Shown here: positions 19,994-30,600 of the stretch, piece by piece
How the letters are laid out: each line of letters begins with the position of its first letter
Numbering within the stretch: the stretch's first letter is position 1
Source of the DNA: Candidatus Aminicenantes bacterium UBA647
Lineage (GTDB): Bacteria; Acidobacteriota; Aminicenantia; UBA2199
Direction: 5' to 3'
DNA: 64,000 nucleotides
Assembly (NCBI GenBank): GCA_002299555.1
Contig: DBOL01000103.1
Coordinates: 14,062 to 78,061, forward strand
Made by a program: the position numbers and the translations under genes
Notes under the pieces: model-generated
Databases searched by the model: none
What the model was told of the DNA's origin: nothing
Seen by the model: the letters and a program-made list of their open reading frames with translations, nothing else

Positions 19994-20440
19994 CTAATTA
20001 CCCGATCCGGAAAAGAACCATCCCTTGCTCAGGTCATAAAGGAACTCCAACCACTGAACCCTGTCAAGAACAACACCTATTTCCAGCAATGTGGAAACAA
20101 ATTCATAGTTCAACTCCCCTTCAATATCGTTCAGCTTTAACAACTCTTCTTCAAGTGTTTCTGTTTTAAACTCGGGATTACCCAGAAGTTCAATTATATC
20201 TATCCTTTTCTCAAGAACATCGCTTTTGTTTTCAACAAGCCTAAGCCTGAAGTTCTTCACCACTTCATCTATTTTTTTCTGTTGATCTTCGTTCAGCTTA
20301 TACCTGGCACCGGTCCCGGATTCCTGAGTTTCAACATTGTTCCCGCTCTTCGCTAACCGGTAAAACCCTGCGCTTATAAACGCAAGGTTTAAGGCAAGTG
20401 AAGCTACCAGGGCTATTTTAATAAATTCCTTTTTCATCAT
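19994..20440 (-). CDS. Periplasmic LTXXQ/Spy-CpxP-like protein (third gene of the ECF module)
   Basis: 148 aa. N-terminal anchor/signal, an LNEDQ motif and helical repeats. The start overlaps the 3' end of the anti-sigma gene. Confidence 0.55.
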   Translation of the reverse strand: MMKKEFIKIALVASLALNLAFISAGFYRLAKSGNNVETQESGTGARYKLNEDQQKKIDEVVKNFRLRLVENKSDVLEKRIDIIELLGNPEFKTETLEEELLKLNDIEGELNYEFVSTLLEIGVVLDRVQWLEFLYDLSKGWFFSGSGN

Positions 20441-20894
20441 TTCCTCCGGCCAACCCTATTATAACAAAGTTGTGATTATTGTCAGAAGTAAATTTCTGGC
20501 CATCAAGCAAAATTGAGGAGAGCTCCATCTTGCTATTCTCTTCTGAACTACCACCTGCAGGGTAAGGATCGATCAGGACTCCGAAGATGAAAAATATGGC
20601 GAAAACGAAAGAATAAATATAAACCAGCCTTCCGGCAAATCTAGTCTTTTTATGCTGTGCTACCATAGACATTACCTCAGCAGTAAAATTTTCCTTTAAC
20701 TCTACATCACGAATTTCCGCTATTCCCAGACTTATCCGTTGGAGTTCACCTAATTCCATTCTGCAGCTTTTACAATCTGAAAGGTGTTCTTTTACCATCT
20801 CCCCGGAATAGTTATCCAGCTCGTTATCCTGATATCTGCTCAACAGCAGGTTCACTTCACTACACTTCATTTTATTCTCTCTCTTATTAAACAT
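20418..20894 (-). CDS. Anti-sigma factor (zf-HC2 type, single TM)
   Basis: MKCSEVNLLLSRYQDNELD...HLSDCKSCRMEL is the zf-HC2 pattern, followed by one TM (LVYIYSFVFAIFFIFGVLI). Start candidates are 20924, 20894 and 20870. Confidence 0.7.
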   Translation of the reverse strand: MFNKRENKMKCSEVNLLLSRYQDNELDNYSGEMVKEHLSDCKSCRMELGELQRISLGIAEIRDVELKENFTAEVMSMVAQHKKTRFAGRLVYIYSFVFAIFFIFGVLIDPYPAGGSSEENSKMELSSILLDGQKFTSDNNHNFVIIGLAGGNDEKGIY

Positions 20895-21501
20895 CTTTGA
20901 CCCCTTTTCCTTGCAGATTAACATAATTTTTTAAATTTACTTTTCCCCTCGATATGAGGGTCTCTATCTTAGGCTGTGACCATCCTGTCACTTCTGCTAT
21001 TTTTTTGTAAGAAAATCCGAGATATATTTTCAGGATAAGGGCAAGTCTCTGATTAATGATCAGATTTTCCAGCCCTCTGGTCACCATTTTATTCCTCTCC
21101 ACTTTCTGTATCTTTTCATCGGGAGTAATATCTCCGGAGGGGATATATTCACCTTCTCCCTTTGCGGAAAGTTGTGAAAAAAAAGTTATTCTTTTCGATT
21201 TTTTCAGATAATTTAATGTAATATTTTTTGCTACGGTATAGATGAAAGATTGAAATGTACTATTCTCCTTATACTTTCCTATCTTCCTGTATATCTGAAA
21301 AAACGCTTCCTGTGAAATGTTTTGCGCTTCATCATAATCACCGATCATTCTGTAAACAAAATTAACTATTCTTCGCTTATATCTGTTAACAATAACCTCG
21401 AAATTTTTAATATTGCCGCTTTTTACAGACCTGATGACATCATCGTCTGAAAATTCTGTCCCATTTTTTTTGATAGTCATGTACTCTTCTATCTTAAACA
21501 A
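20887..21501 (-). CDS. ECF-type RNA polymerase sigma-70 factor
   Basis: 204 aa. Region 2 (RIVNFVYRMIGDYDEAQNISQEAFFQIY) and region 4 HTH (YKKIAEVTGWSQPKIETLISRGKVNLK). Confidence 0.88.
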   Translation of the reverse strand: MFKIEEYMTIKKNGTEFSDDDVIRSVKSGNIKNFEVIVNRYKRRIVNFVYRMIGDYDEAQNISQEAFFQIYRKIGKYKENSTFQSFIYTVAKNITLNYLKKSKRITFFSQLSAKGEGEYIPSGDITPDEKIQKVERNKMVTRGLENLIINQRLALILKIYLGFSYKKIAEVTGWSQPKIETLISRGKVNLKNYVNLQGKGVKDV

Positions 21502-21531
21502 TCTTGAATATGATTTCTTGCAGTGTGAAAC

Positions 21532-22704
21532 TTAATCAAGTTTTTCACTCCAGGCCAGGGAGAGGTATAGATCTTCCTGAGACTTCACCATCACTTTTCC
21601 ATCCCAATTGTGGAGGTCGTCTATGTGGAAGGCAAGAATGTTACGATCATCACTATTGTTCTTCAGATGGAGAATCTTATCGCTGAACTCTTTAATATTT
21701 CTTACTTTTACAGTATATCCATTAACATTATTCTCTATTATTTCATTGTTCCCGGGAATATCTGTAACGACAACAGCCTTCTTCATCAGCCTTAATTGCA
21801 CAAGACTTTGGGGGAGCCCCTCCCACAATGCTGTTGAAACCCCTATATCGAAAAAGGGAATAACAGTCTCTATATCATGAATAAATCCCGGCATTCTGAA
21901 TCGGTCCAGAATTCCCGCATTTTCTAATTCCGATTCGATCACACTCCTCAAACCACCGTCCCCTGCAATAAAGAATAGTACGTTTCTATCTTTCTCTAAA
22001 ACATAAGAAGCTATCTTGATAAGATCATGCAACCCCTTCTGAGCTTTAAATGGCGCTATCACACCACATACAAAATCATCTTTACAGATATTATATTTCT
22101 CCCTTTCTGTGGCAGGATCACTCTCCTGATCTTTAAACTTATTGAAATCAAAACCACTTCTGATAAGGGAGAATGATGCCTTTTTCATTAGTTTCAGTTT
22201 CTTTGCGGAATCAATATCCCCTTCAGACACAAAAACAAAATGATCTGTAAAGCCGGATACAAATTTTTCTATCATACGGTATATGCTTCGCTTTAAAAAC
22301 GACTGATAGGGTGAAAAAGAAAAACCATGCACTGAATGTATGACAACAGGAACTCCTGCTCTTTTTGCTGCGATCCTGCCGATTATTCCCGCCTTTGATG
22401 AATGGGTGTGGACGATTCCAGGCTTAAGTCTCTTGAATTCATTTTTTAGGAACCTGTATGCCTTGAGATCTCTAACAGGATTTATCTCTCTTTTCAGATC
22501 TTTTATTAACAGGAATCTTTCTTCAACATCATCACTACTACTTTTCATTTTTGCAGTATCAGGATTCAATATCCCTCCGGGTCCACTCATAAGATAAACT
22601 TCAAATTTGTCCCGATTAAGATTTTCACAAGTGAAAATTGTATTTCGCTGAGCTCCTCCGAGCTCAAGCTTGGTGATTAAATGTATAACCTTTGTTTTTC
22701 TCAT
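21532..22704 (-). CDS. Glycosyltransferase, GT4 (GT-B) family
   Basis: 390 aa. N-terminal LGGAQRN and C-terminal E-x7-E-like WEGLPQSLVQ. The start overlaps the upstream gene by 4 nt. Confidence 0.8.
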   Translation of the reverse strand: MRKTKVIHLITKLELGGAQRNTIFTCENLNRDKFEVYLMSGPGGILNPDTAKMKSSSDDVEERFLLIKDLKREINPVRDLKAYRFLKNEFKRLKPGIVHTHSSKAGIIGRIAAKRAGVPVVIHSVHGFSFSPYQSFLKRSIYRMIEKFVSGFTDHFVFVSEGDIDSAKKLKLMKKASFSLIRSGFDFNKFKDQESDPATEREKYNICKDDFVCGVIAPFKAQKGLHDLIKIASYVLEKDRNVLFFIAGDGGLRSVIESELENAGILDRFRMPGFIHDIETVIPFFDIGVSTALWEGLPQSLVQLRLMKKAVVVTDIPGNNEIIENNVNGYTVKVRNIKEFSDKILHLKNNSDDRNILAFHIDDLHNWDGKVMVKSQEDLYLSLAWSEKLD

Positions 22705-23939
22705 TGATCACCATTTAAAAGATCCGCGGTCTCAACTCCGCTTTTTATATCGTTGCTCATAGAAGAATAATTCCAGGAACCGTACCTCCCGATCGAATGA
22801 ACATTATTTTCTTTCAACTTTTTCAATATTCCAGGTACGATCTCTTTCCACTCTTTGTTAAAGATTATATATGAACCGGGTATCACCCTGACATCAATGT
22901 GTTCGATTTCTGCTTCAGAAACTATCATATTCAATTTTTTAAGAACTGTAACTACTTCACTCTGCAATTCTTTATCATCATAGCTTTCACCTTCATTTAA
23001 CGACATTTCCAGATAACAGGCGGTATCCGGATGCCCCGGATAATAACCGGCTCTGTAAAACCGGGAAGGCCCTTCAGGCAGATATACCCAGTGGAAGTTC
23101 TCCCTTTTTTCACGAAGGATCAGATTTACGACCAGAGTTGAAACTGACTCCAACTTATCGGTACCTTCGGCCCATTCCGGGCATGGGGAAAGTTTACTAA
23201 TGAATTCTTTCAAAGGTATGGTATTGATAATTTTTGTGAAAAAATACTCTCCACCATCTGTTTTGATCTTCTTCTCTTTAAGATCTATCTCCAAAACTGT
23301 TTCATTATATTTGATCTTACCTGGCAGATTTTTTTCAATATTTCCTATAAATGTCCTCAGATTTTCTTCCGGATAATAAAAAACCGGATTATATCCTTTA
23401 TCAGCAAATGTTTTTCCGGAGAGTCCTTCCTCAACACTTCTCAGATCAGGGACAGGAATACTTCCTCTGTCCATTGCCGGGATGATCTCAGACAGGTCTC
23501 TTCTATAATACTTGGTCATGAAAGGATTAAAAAACATGCTGTAGAGGGTTTCCCCGAAGTTCCCTATCAGTGAATCTCTCAGGTTTGCATGACTCACTTC
23601 TGTTCGCTCTTTCATCTCTTCATATATTTTCTTCCCTGTCACTTCAGGGAAATATGACAAATGATATTGAACAGGAAAAGGGATCAATTGTCCGGACATG
23701 TATATCCTGCTGTCCCTCTTATATTCTTTAAAACAAGAAAATTGCTCAACATACTTCTTTATATTCAGATTGTCAGCAAAGTGAAAATAATGCCCACTGA
23801 AATCGAACCAATAATCTCCGGATCTGTACTGGGTTGCAAGCCCTCCGGGGTATCCATTTTTCTCAAGAATTGTGATATCACTTTTTAGGTTATCAGCAGT
23901 ACTAAGACCCGATATCCCTGCGCCAAGTATAAAGATCAT
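22701..23939 (-). CDS. FAD/NAD(P)-binding flavoprotein, amine-oxidase / UDP-galactopyranose-mutase-like
   Basis: 412 aa. Rossmann motif ILGAGISGLSTA...LEKNGYPGG, G-H-Y-FH segment and C-terminal IGRYGSWNYSSM, which resembles the GRLxxYxYxxM end of Glf. Confidence 0.55.
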   Translation of the reverse strand: MIFILGAGISGLSTADNLKSDITILEKNGYPGGLATQYRSGDYWFDFSGHYFHFADNLNIKKYVEQFSCFKEYKRDSRIYMSGQLIPFPVQYHLSYFPEVTGKKIYEEMKERTEVSHANLRDSLIGNFGETLYSMFFNPFMTKYYRRDLSEIIPAMDRGSIPVPDLRSVEEGLSGKTFADKGYNPVFYYPEENLRTFIGNIEKNLPGKIKYNETVLEIDLKEKKIKTDGGEYFFTKIINTIPLKEFISKLSPCPEWAEGTDKLESVSTLVVNLILREKRENFHWVYLPEGPSRFYRAGYYPGHPDTACYLEMSLNEGESYDDKELQSEVVTVLKKLNMIVSEAEIEHIDVRVIPGSYIIFNKEWKEIVPGILKKLKENNVHSIGRYGSWNYSSMSNDIKSGVETADLLNGDQ

Positions 23940-24937
23940 TCCATTTTTACTCTTGAAAGAGAAACTCCCAGCAATGTGAAGAACAAAAATATTAATAATG
24001 TTGATATCAGGGTTATAAGGGGAGTCATATAGAAATTAGCAACAACAATTCCTGAAACGATCAACTGGATCGCAATTACAATTGAAACTGTTTGTGCAAC
24101 AGATAATTTCCACTTTTTTCTTACTCTTAACGCAAAATGATCAGGGCTTCCAAAGAAAGGAGATCGACCTTTCAATAACCTGAGGATGACCACATAGACC
24201 ATATCAAAAACAGGGACAGACAAGACCAGCATTCCTGATATAAAAGCAGCATCATTATATTTGGTATATTCTCCCATCACCGATAAAGCCGCAATAATAA
24301 GACCCACAACCATACTGCCTGCATCACCAAGATAAATACCAGCCGGCTCCCAATTGAATTTCAGGAAACCGAGAAGGGATGCAGCCAGGCTTATTGATAT
24401 TACGGAGATCAGATAGTTAGAATTGTAAAGTGAAATAATAAAAATAGTGATAAGTGAAATGGATGCAACAGAAGCGGCCATTCCATCCAGAATATCAATG
24501 ATATTGAATGCATTGATTATAGATAACATCCAGATAAATGAGATAATATAATTCACCCATCCGGGAAGGAATGTCAGATCTATATATATTCCGCTTTTCA
24601 GAAGAATGAACACAGCTACCAGCTGAAAGAGAAATTTTATCCCCGGAGTCAGAGCTTTCAGGTCATCAAACAAACCAACTATGAGGAGAATGGAACTGGC
24701 AAACAGAATTCCCAGCAACTCCCTGCTGAGCGGGAAAAGTAACCCAACTGGAGAAATAAAGGCAAAGTAAACGATCACTCCTCCCATGTAAGGGACCGGT
24801 TTTTTCTGTTTTTTTAGCTTGTTATCGGGAACATCAAGGAGGTTATATCTATATGCAACTTTTTTTGCTACAGGAGTACCATATACTGAAAGCAAAAATG
24901 CAAGAATAAATGAGAGTAGATACAATAATTCATTCAT
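23936..24937 (-). CDS. Polyprenyl-phosphate N-acetylhexosamine-1-phosphate transferase (WecA/MraY family)
   Basis: 333 aa, polytopic. Motifs GLFDDLKALTP and NAFNIIDILDGMA are the family signatures. Confidence 0.85.
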   Translation of the reverse strand: MNELLYLLSFILAFLLSVYGTPVAKKVAYRYNLLDVPDNKLKKQKKPVPYMGGVIVYFAFISPVGLLFPLSRELLGILFASSILLIVGLFDDLKALTPGIKFLFQLVAVFILLKSGIYIDLTFLPGWVNYIISFIWMLSIINAFNIIDILDGMAASVASISLITIFIISLYNSNYLISVISISLAASLLGFLKFNWEPAGIYLGDAGSMVVGLIIAALSVMGEYTKYNDAAFISGMLVLSVPVFDMVYVVILRLLKGRSPFFGSPDHFALRVRKKWKLSVAQTVSIVIAIQLIVSGIVVANFYMTPLITLISTLLIFLFFTLLGVSLSRVKME

Positions 24938-25862
24938 TGTTCTTTATTACCTTTCTTCTTCTTATAGCCATTTTAAAGCTCTTACCGGACCTGAACAATT
25001 TTATTATAATTTTGGGTGAACTCAATGTCAACAATCCAACCCACACAAGATCTTTAATGACCATCATCGGTATAAGGTACCAGAAAGACCTGAATCTGAA
25101 ATTTTTTATAAGTGTAAGATATCTGTTCTTCACAAGATGATATTTAATATGACCCGGCCTTACCAGAGCCATCGAAAATCTTGTCAGGAATGACTTTTTT
25201 AAAGTCCCGCCACGAAAATGGAAAACTTCCGCTTCAGGGATCAGCTTTATCTTCATCCCGTAAAGATTTGCCCTCCACCCTATGTCAAAGTCCTCCCAGA
25301 ACATAAAATAACTTTCATCATAATATTCGCCTTCAACCTTCAATCGTTCAAGACTCTCTCTCCTGAATACCGTGGCAGCACCACAAACAGAAAATATAAT
25401 GCTTTCCCTGAATTCATCTTCTTTTAACACTGATCCGAATCCGGCTTCTACAGGATACATTGAAGTGGAATATGACTGACCAGCAGAATCAACGATCTCG
25501 CCTCCGAACCTTAATATCAGAGGTGAAACGATATCCAGATCCGGATCAATTCCAAATTTACCTGAAATGATCCTGTTAAAATCTTTTGCAATGTAAATAT
25601 CTGAGTTGGCAACAAGGATCAGGTCGGAATCACACTTTTCGATCCCTCTGTTCAATGCAGCAGAATATCCTATATTAGTGTTAAGCTGAAGTGTTGTTAC
25701 ACCATCAAATTCATTTATCAAATCAACGGAATTATCCGAAGAATTATTATCTACGACAATTATCCTGCTGAAGGGTACAGATTGTGCCAGCAAAGACTCT
25801 AAATTATCTCTTAAAAACCTCTCGGAATTGTAATTAACTATTACTACCGATATAGAAGGCAA
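24930..25862 (-). CDS. Glycosyltransferase, GT2 family
   Basis: 310 aa. ISVVIVNYNS, VVDNNSSD, the ANSD (DxD-like) motif and the FWEDFD region. Confidence 0.85.
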   Translation of the reverse strand: MPSISVVIVNYNSERFLRDNLESLLAQSVPFSRIIVVDNNSSDNSVDLINEFDGVTTLQLNTNIGYSAALNRGIEKCDSDLILVANSDIYIAKDFNRIISGKFGIDPDLDIVSPLILRFGGEIVDSAGQSYSTSMYPVEAGFGSVLKEDEFRESIIFSVCGAATVFRRESLERLKVEGEYYDESYFMFWEDFDIGWRANLYGMKIKLIPEAEVFHFRGGTLKKSFLTRFSMALVRPGHIKYHLVKNRYLTLIKNFRFRSFWYLIPMMVIKDLVWVGLLTLSSPKIIIKLFRSGKSFKMAIRRRKVIKNNE

Positions 25863-25866
25863 TTTA

Positions 25867-27048
25867 TTATATTATTTCCAGCGCTTTGCCGCCCTCGTAG
25901 AATCCTTTAAGGATAAAATCAAGGTCCTCATCGGAATGAATTGCAGTGAATGAAGTCCTGATCAGTGAATCTTCCAAGGGAACCGCCGGGGCGATCACCG
26001 GATTTGTAAAAATTCCATAGTTACTCAAGAAATGCCACAATTTAAATGTCTTCTCAAAATCACGTATGAATACAGGAATAATCGGAGTTTCCGTATTGCC
26101 TGTATGATAACCCATTTTAACCAACTCCCTGTTCATAACCTTGGTTATCTCCCAAAGCCTCTCTCTTCTCCATGGTTCATTCTGGATGAAATCAAGAGCT
26201 TTGGATGCAGATCCAATAGCTGCAGGGGTTATTGAAGCGGAAAAAATAAGTGGACGGGATTGATGTTTTATATATTGGATCACCTTTGAATCGCCAACAA
26301 CATACCCCCCGAGAGAAGCAAATGCCTTTGAGAAAGTGGTCATGATCAGATCTACATCATCCAGCACTCCAAAATGCTCGCATGTTCCTCTTCCGTTCTT
26401 CCCCATTACACCAACTCCATGGGCATCATCAACCATGATCCTTGTGTTAAATTTTTTCCCTAATTTGACTATTTCCGGAAGATTTGCCAGATCCCCTTCC
26501 ATACTGAAGACACCATCAACTATTATTATTTTCCCTTTGTCCTCCGGAAGCCTTCCGAGTTTTTCCTCGAGATCTTTCATGTCATTATGTTTGTATTTAA
26601 CAACTTCCGCAAAAGAGAGCCTGACCGCATCCATTATCGAAGCATGCACCATCCTATCGATAATGATAATATCATTTCTTCCGGCAATAGCAGAAACAAC
26701 CCCCAGATTTGTCTGGAAGCCGGTGGAAAACATCAAGGCTTCTTCTTTGCCCATAAACTTTGCGATCCTATCTTCAAACTCTACATGGATGGTATATGTT
26801 CCATTCAGGAATCTTGATCCACAGGTAGAGGAGCCATATTTTTCTACTGCTTCTATAGTTGATTTCTTAACTTCAGCATTATCAAACAGGCCCAGATAGT
26901 TGTTTGATCCTACCATGAGTATTTTTTTACCGTTTACCCATACATTGTCACCTTCAACTTTTTCTATCTCGGTGAAGTAAGGGTACAATCCTGTCTTCTT
27001 TGCATCTTCTGCTCTCGTAAAATCAAAACATTTTTTAAATACATCCAT
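25867..27048 (-). CDS. PLP-dependent alpha-oxoamine synthase (serine palmitoyltransferase / KBL / AONS family)
   Basis: 393 aa. LYPYF...GKKILMVGSNNYLGL, SMEGD, VDDAHGVGVMG and the PLP-Lys motif TFSKAFASLGGYV. The subfamily cannot be resolved by eye. Confidence 0.88.
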   Translation of the reverse strand: MDVFKKCFDFTRAEDAKKTGLYPYFTEIEKVEGDNVWVNGKKILMVGSNNYLGLFDNAEVKKSTIEAVEKYGSSTCGSRFLNGTYTIHVEFEDRIAKFMGKEEALMFSTGFQTNLGVVSAIAGRNDIIIIDRMVHASIMDAVRLSFAEVVKYKHNDMKDLEEKLGRLPEDKGKIIIVDGVFSMEGDLANLPEIVKLGKKFNTRIMVDDAHGVGVMGKNGRGTCEHFGVLDDVDLIMTTFSKAFASLGGYVVGDSKVIQYIKHQSRPLIFSASITPAAIGSASKALDFIQNEPWRRERLWEITKVMNRELVKMGYHTGNTETPIIPVFIRDFEKTFKLWHFLSNYGIFTNPVIAPAVPLEDSLIRTSFTAIHSDEDLDFILKGFYEGGKALEII

Positions 27049-27101
27049 TGTGAAGCCTCCAGACTTAAATTACACCAACCCCCAATCCGAGATTAGTTGG
27101 G

Positions 27102-27587
27102 TTATCTCTTTTTTATATTGCGATTTCTTGTGGAAACGAATTCCGCACTGAACTTTTGAAATGTTTTTACAGACCACTTGTCTTTGAAAGTTGCTGTAAA
27201 AACAACCTCGCCATTCAATTTTTGCTTCCCGATCAGCGATGAATCATTTACTTTAAAACTGATCATCTTCCCTTCTTCATCATTTGTAAAATCATAAAAG
27301 ACCAGATCATCTTCCTGAATAGTCTTAAAATCAAGTTCGGATCCGGTGAAGAAAACCTTGGAAAACTGGATATTCTCATTTTTATTCAGATTTATTCTTA
27401 TATCAGGATTGGATGCAATTTTTATCCCCTGCACTGGTAATATTTTTATAGACAACTCGCCTTCCATCCCCTGACGGATAGTCTTCGGTTTAACAGAGGT
27501 GACAATCTTCAGAAGATCTTCCTGAGAACTATCACTCACTGTTGAAAAAGAAAACATTAATAATAATACTAGTAGAATCCTGCCCAT
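27102..27587 (-). CDS. Small secreted beta-rich protein downstream of the alpha-2-macroglobulin gene
   Basis: Signal peptide MGRILLVLLLMFSFS from the ATG at 27587 (the ORF track starts at 27626 and would overlap the A2M stop). No motif recognised. Confidence 0.45.
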   Translation of the reverse strand: MGRILLVLLLMFSFSTVSDSSQEDLLKIVTSVKPKTIRQGMEGELSIKILPVQGIKIASNPDIRINLNKNENIQFSKVFFTGSELDFKTIQEDDLVFYDFTNDEEGKMISFKVNDSSLIGKQKLNGEVVFTATFKDKWSVKTFQKFSAEFVSTRNRNIKKR

Positions 27588-27622
27588 TGTTGAACCAGTT
27601 TTACTATATTCAGAAACTAAAG

Positions 27623-30600
27623 TCAATCTGAAGACAGCCTGGAAACCACCTCCACATTGATTCCTTTTTTCACTGCTCTGTAATTATTGTTATACATTGC
27701 TTCAAAAATAGTGGGAGGAAGGGTAAACTTTCCTCCAGTTACACAATTCAGCTTTACCACAAAATCCATACCCCGGCTATTCCCTCTCATATCAAAAAAC
27801 CACATTATCCTGTCATCCCTTATGTCCATATAAACCTCTCTGCCAAGATTCCAGTCCTCCATCCATGATGGCTTCTGCTCACCGGATAACCTGATATTCT
27901 CTATTTCCCAACCTGCAGGAATAATTTGAACCAGTGCAAGTTCCGTCAGTCTTCCGGAGGAATATATTCCGGGCTTAACTCTGAAATGCCCCCAGAATGT
28001 CGTCCCCTGTCTGAGAAGAGAAGGATCAATGGTTTTCCCCTCTTCGTTCATCCAGGTCACTTCCAGTTTCAGGTTTTTTGACTGATCTTTTTCCAGCGAC
28101 TTAAGAGGAATACCATTCCATTGCAGGGTTACATACACTTTGTTTAGTTTTACTTCATTATTAATGAACACAGACAATTTTTTGCCAAACCCTTCATGTA
28201 TCTTCATGGTATGTTTTAGCTCACCAAAATCAAATGACCTTTTGTTATTTCCGGGCAGTACAATATGACCCTTGATCGGAGAATCGTCACCCCTGAAATC
28301 CATTTTATTTCCCATCATGTATTTTCCCAGTGCCATAAGTGAATATCCAAGAGTTTGAGTAGAGTACCATCTTCCATCTGAAAGATCACGGACTATCTCT
28401 TCATACATAATATCTGCTTTGTTCCAGTCCTGAAACACTGTCAACGCCTCAAGGATAATTGCTCTGTCTCTCATCGAAGAACCAAAAGTCCTGCCGGGAT
28501 TTTTATATTGGCCTACCGATGTTTCGATACCTTTTTGAATTTTTTTCGATACATCCTTCTTCCCGGCAAGAAAATATGTTTCAGATAGCATCCATCTTTC
28601 CACATTGGTAGTCTTTGCAAGATCATTTTCAACTATCATGTTCATCGGGCCCAATTGAGGTTGCCCTGCAAGTGCCAGAACATAAAGACGGTAGATCCGG
28701 GAGAGCATCTTGTCAGTGGCAACGAGGGCTCGTGATTTCTGAAAACGGATAACCGAACTCAAAAGATCAGCAGGGATACTATACCCCCTTTTCTTTGCCT
28801 CTGCCATAAAGTGCAGCCCATAATTTGTCCCCCAGATACTTGCATCCCTATTCCCGGGCCAATATGACAATCCTCCGGAGGGGAGAACAAACTTTCTCAG
28901 CCTTTTCACTGCAGAATTAATATTTTCATCCACATCTTCCAGATCAATAGAAGAATTCTTCATAAATTCCTTCAGATACAATTGGGGGAAAACTGACGAT
29001 ATGGTCTGTTCAATACATCCATAAGGATAATGTATAAGCCATGACAATCGACTCTCAATATCAAGTCTCGGTTTTCTTGAAATCACCACAGATGCTCTAT
29101 TCGTCCCTTTCAGCCCTCTATCCGGAATTATAAAATCAATGGATCTTCCTGGTTTAGTATCTTTCTTCTCTGATCCATATATCCTCGGAGAGGAGGGCCT
29201 TATTTTTATGTCAACCGATTTTGATACACTAAACCTTCCTGATTCAGCTTTGAAAATAACTTTGCAGTCACCTACAGCATTATCAACCTTTAAATTAAAT
29301 ACAGTATCCTGTTCACCTGTTTTCTCGAAAACAAGTTTTTTCTTTTTGTCTCCTGAGACTTTCAAATTCCCTTCGGTCCGTATCGATAAACTGACATTCC
29401 TGATCTTCTCATTCAAAGCAAACACACTAACCGGGATCTTAACCCTGTCTCCCGGCCCGAGAACACGTGGAAGCGTGGGCAAAAGAATAAGGTCAGTCTT
29501 AACCGGCACGCTTTTTTCCGCCTTTCCAAAACTATAATGATCTGCTGCAATAACCATTACCCTAACCGACCCAATATAGTCCGGCATCCTGAACTTAACC
29601 TTTTTCTCGCCATTATCCCCGGTTTCCAGGGGACCGAGGAACATTGATACCGGTTTGAATCTTTTAGATTTCCCGGGCTCCAGTTGAGAGGATCGATAGC
29701 CTTCAGCATTGGTTTCCATCTCACCACCGATGGAAAAAAGTCGATACACATCACCTTTGTTTACAGCAAGGACATAAGAAAAAAGGTCATAAGTATTGAT
29801 CCCCAGTTTCTGTTTACTGAAAAAACTCTTCCATGGATCAGGTGTCAGAAATTTTGTAAGATCAAGCAACCCTTCATCTACAACGGCTATCGTGAACTGA
29901 ACATTACTTTTATCTTTTGTACGGACAACTACCTCGAATTCTTTGTTTGACTTCAATTCATCGTCCATAACAATATCAATCTCCTTTCTTGTCGAAGGAT
30001 CCTCCACCATAACAGGGATCGTGCCATATACTCTTACCGGCCTGTCATTTCCCGTCTGAGAATGGGGTTGAATGATCGATACGGAAACATATGCATTAGG
30101 AAGCATTTTTTCTGTAACAGAGACTTTTATCTCCCCGAGTGCATCCTCTCCCTTAAGTTCCCTGACCCATGACTCCAGGATCCGATCTCCTTTTTCGAGA
30201 GTTACAAGAAGTGTCCCTTTTTCCGGTTTGGGGAAAGAGATAATTGCAGTATCACCGGGTTTGTATCTGTTTCTGTCACTCTTAAGGGTCAATGAGCCTG
30301 AATCTTTAATGTTTGAAGGTGAATCACCCCAATGATAAGAACTAAAGAAAAAACCGGCCTTGTGTCCCTCCTTCATGTCTTCTTCAACCTCGATAAAATA
30401 TTCACCTGACTGCTCAGGAGTAAAAACGATAGGAACAGGCATGTTTTTAGATGTCAGGCTTCCCTCTTTCACAACTTTTGTATAATTGTCCTTCTTGTAT
30501 CTGACCCTGAAAGATGCAAGATTGTCATACTCCCACCACCAATAACGTGCATTTCTGTAGATCCTGTATCTCAGAGGCCTTCCCGACAGAGGTTCTCCAT

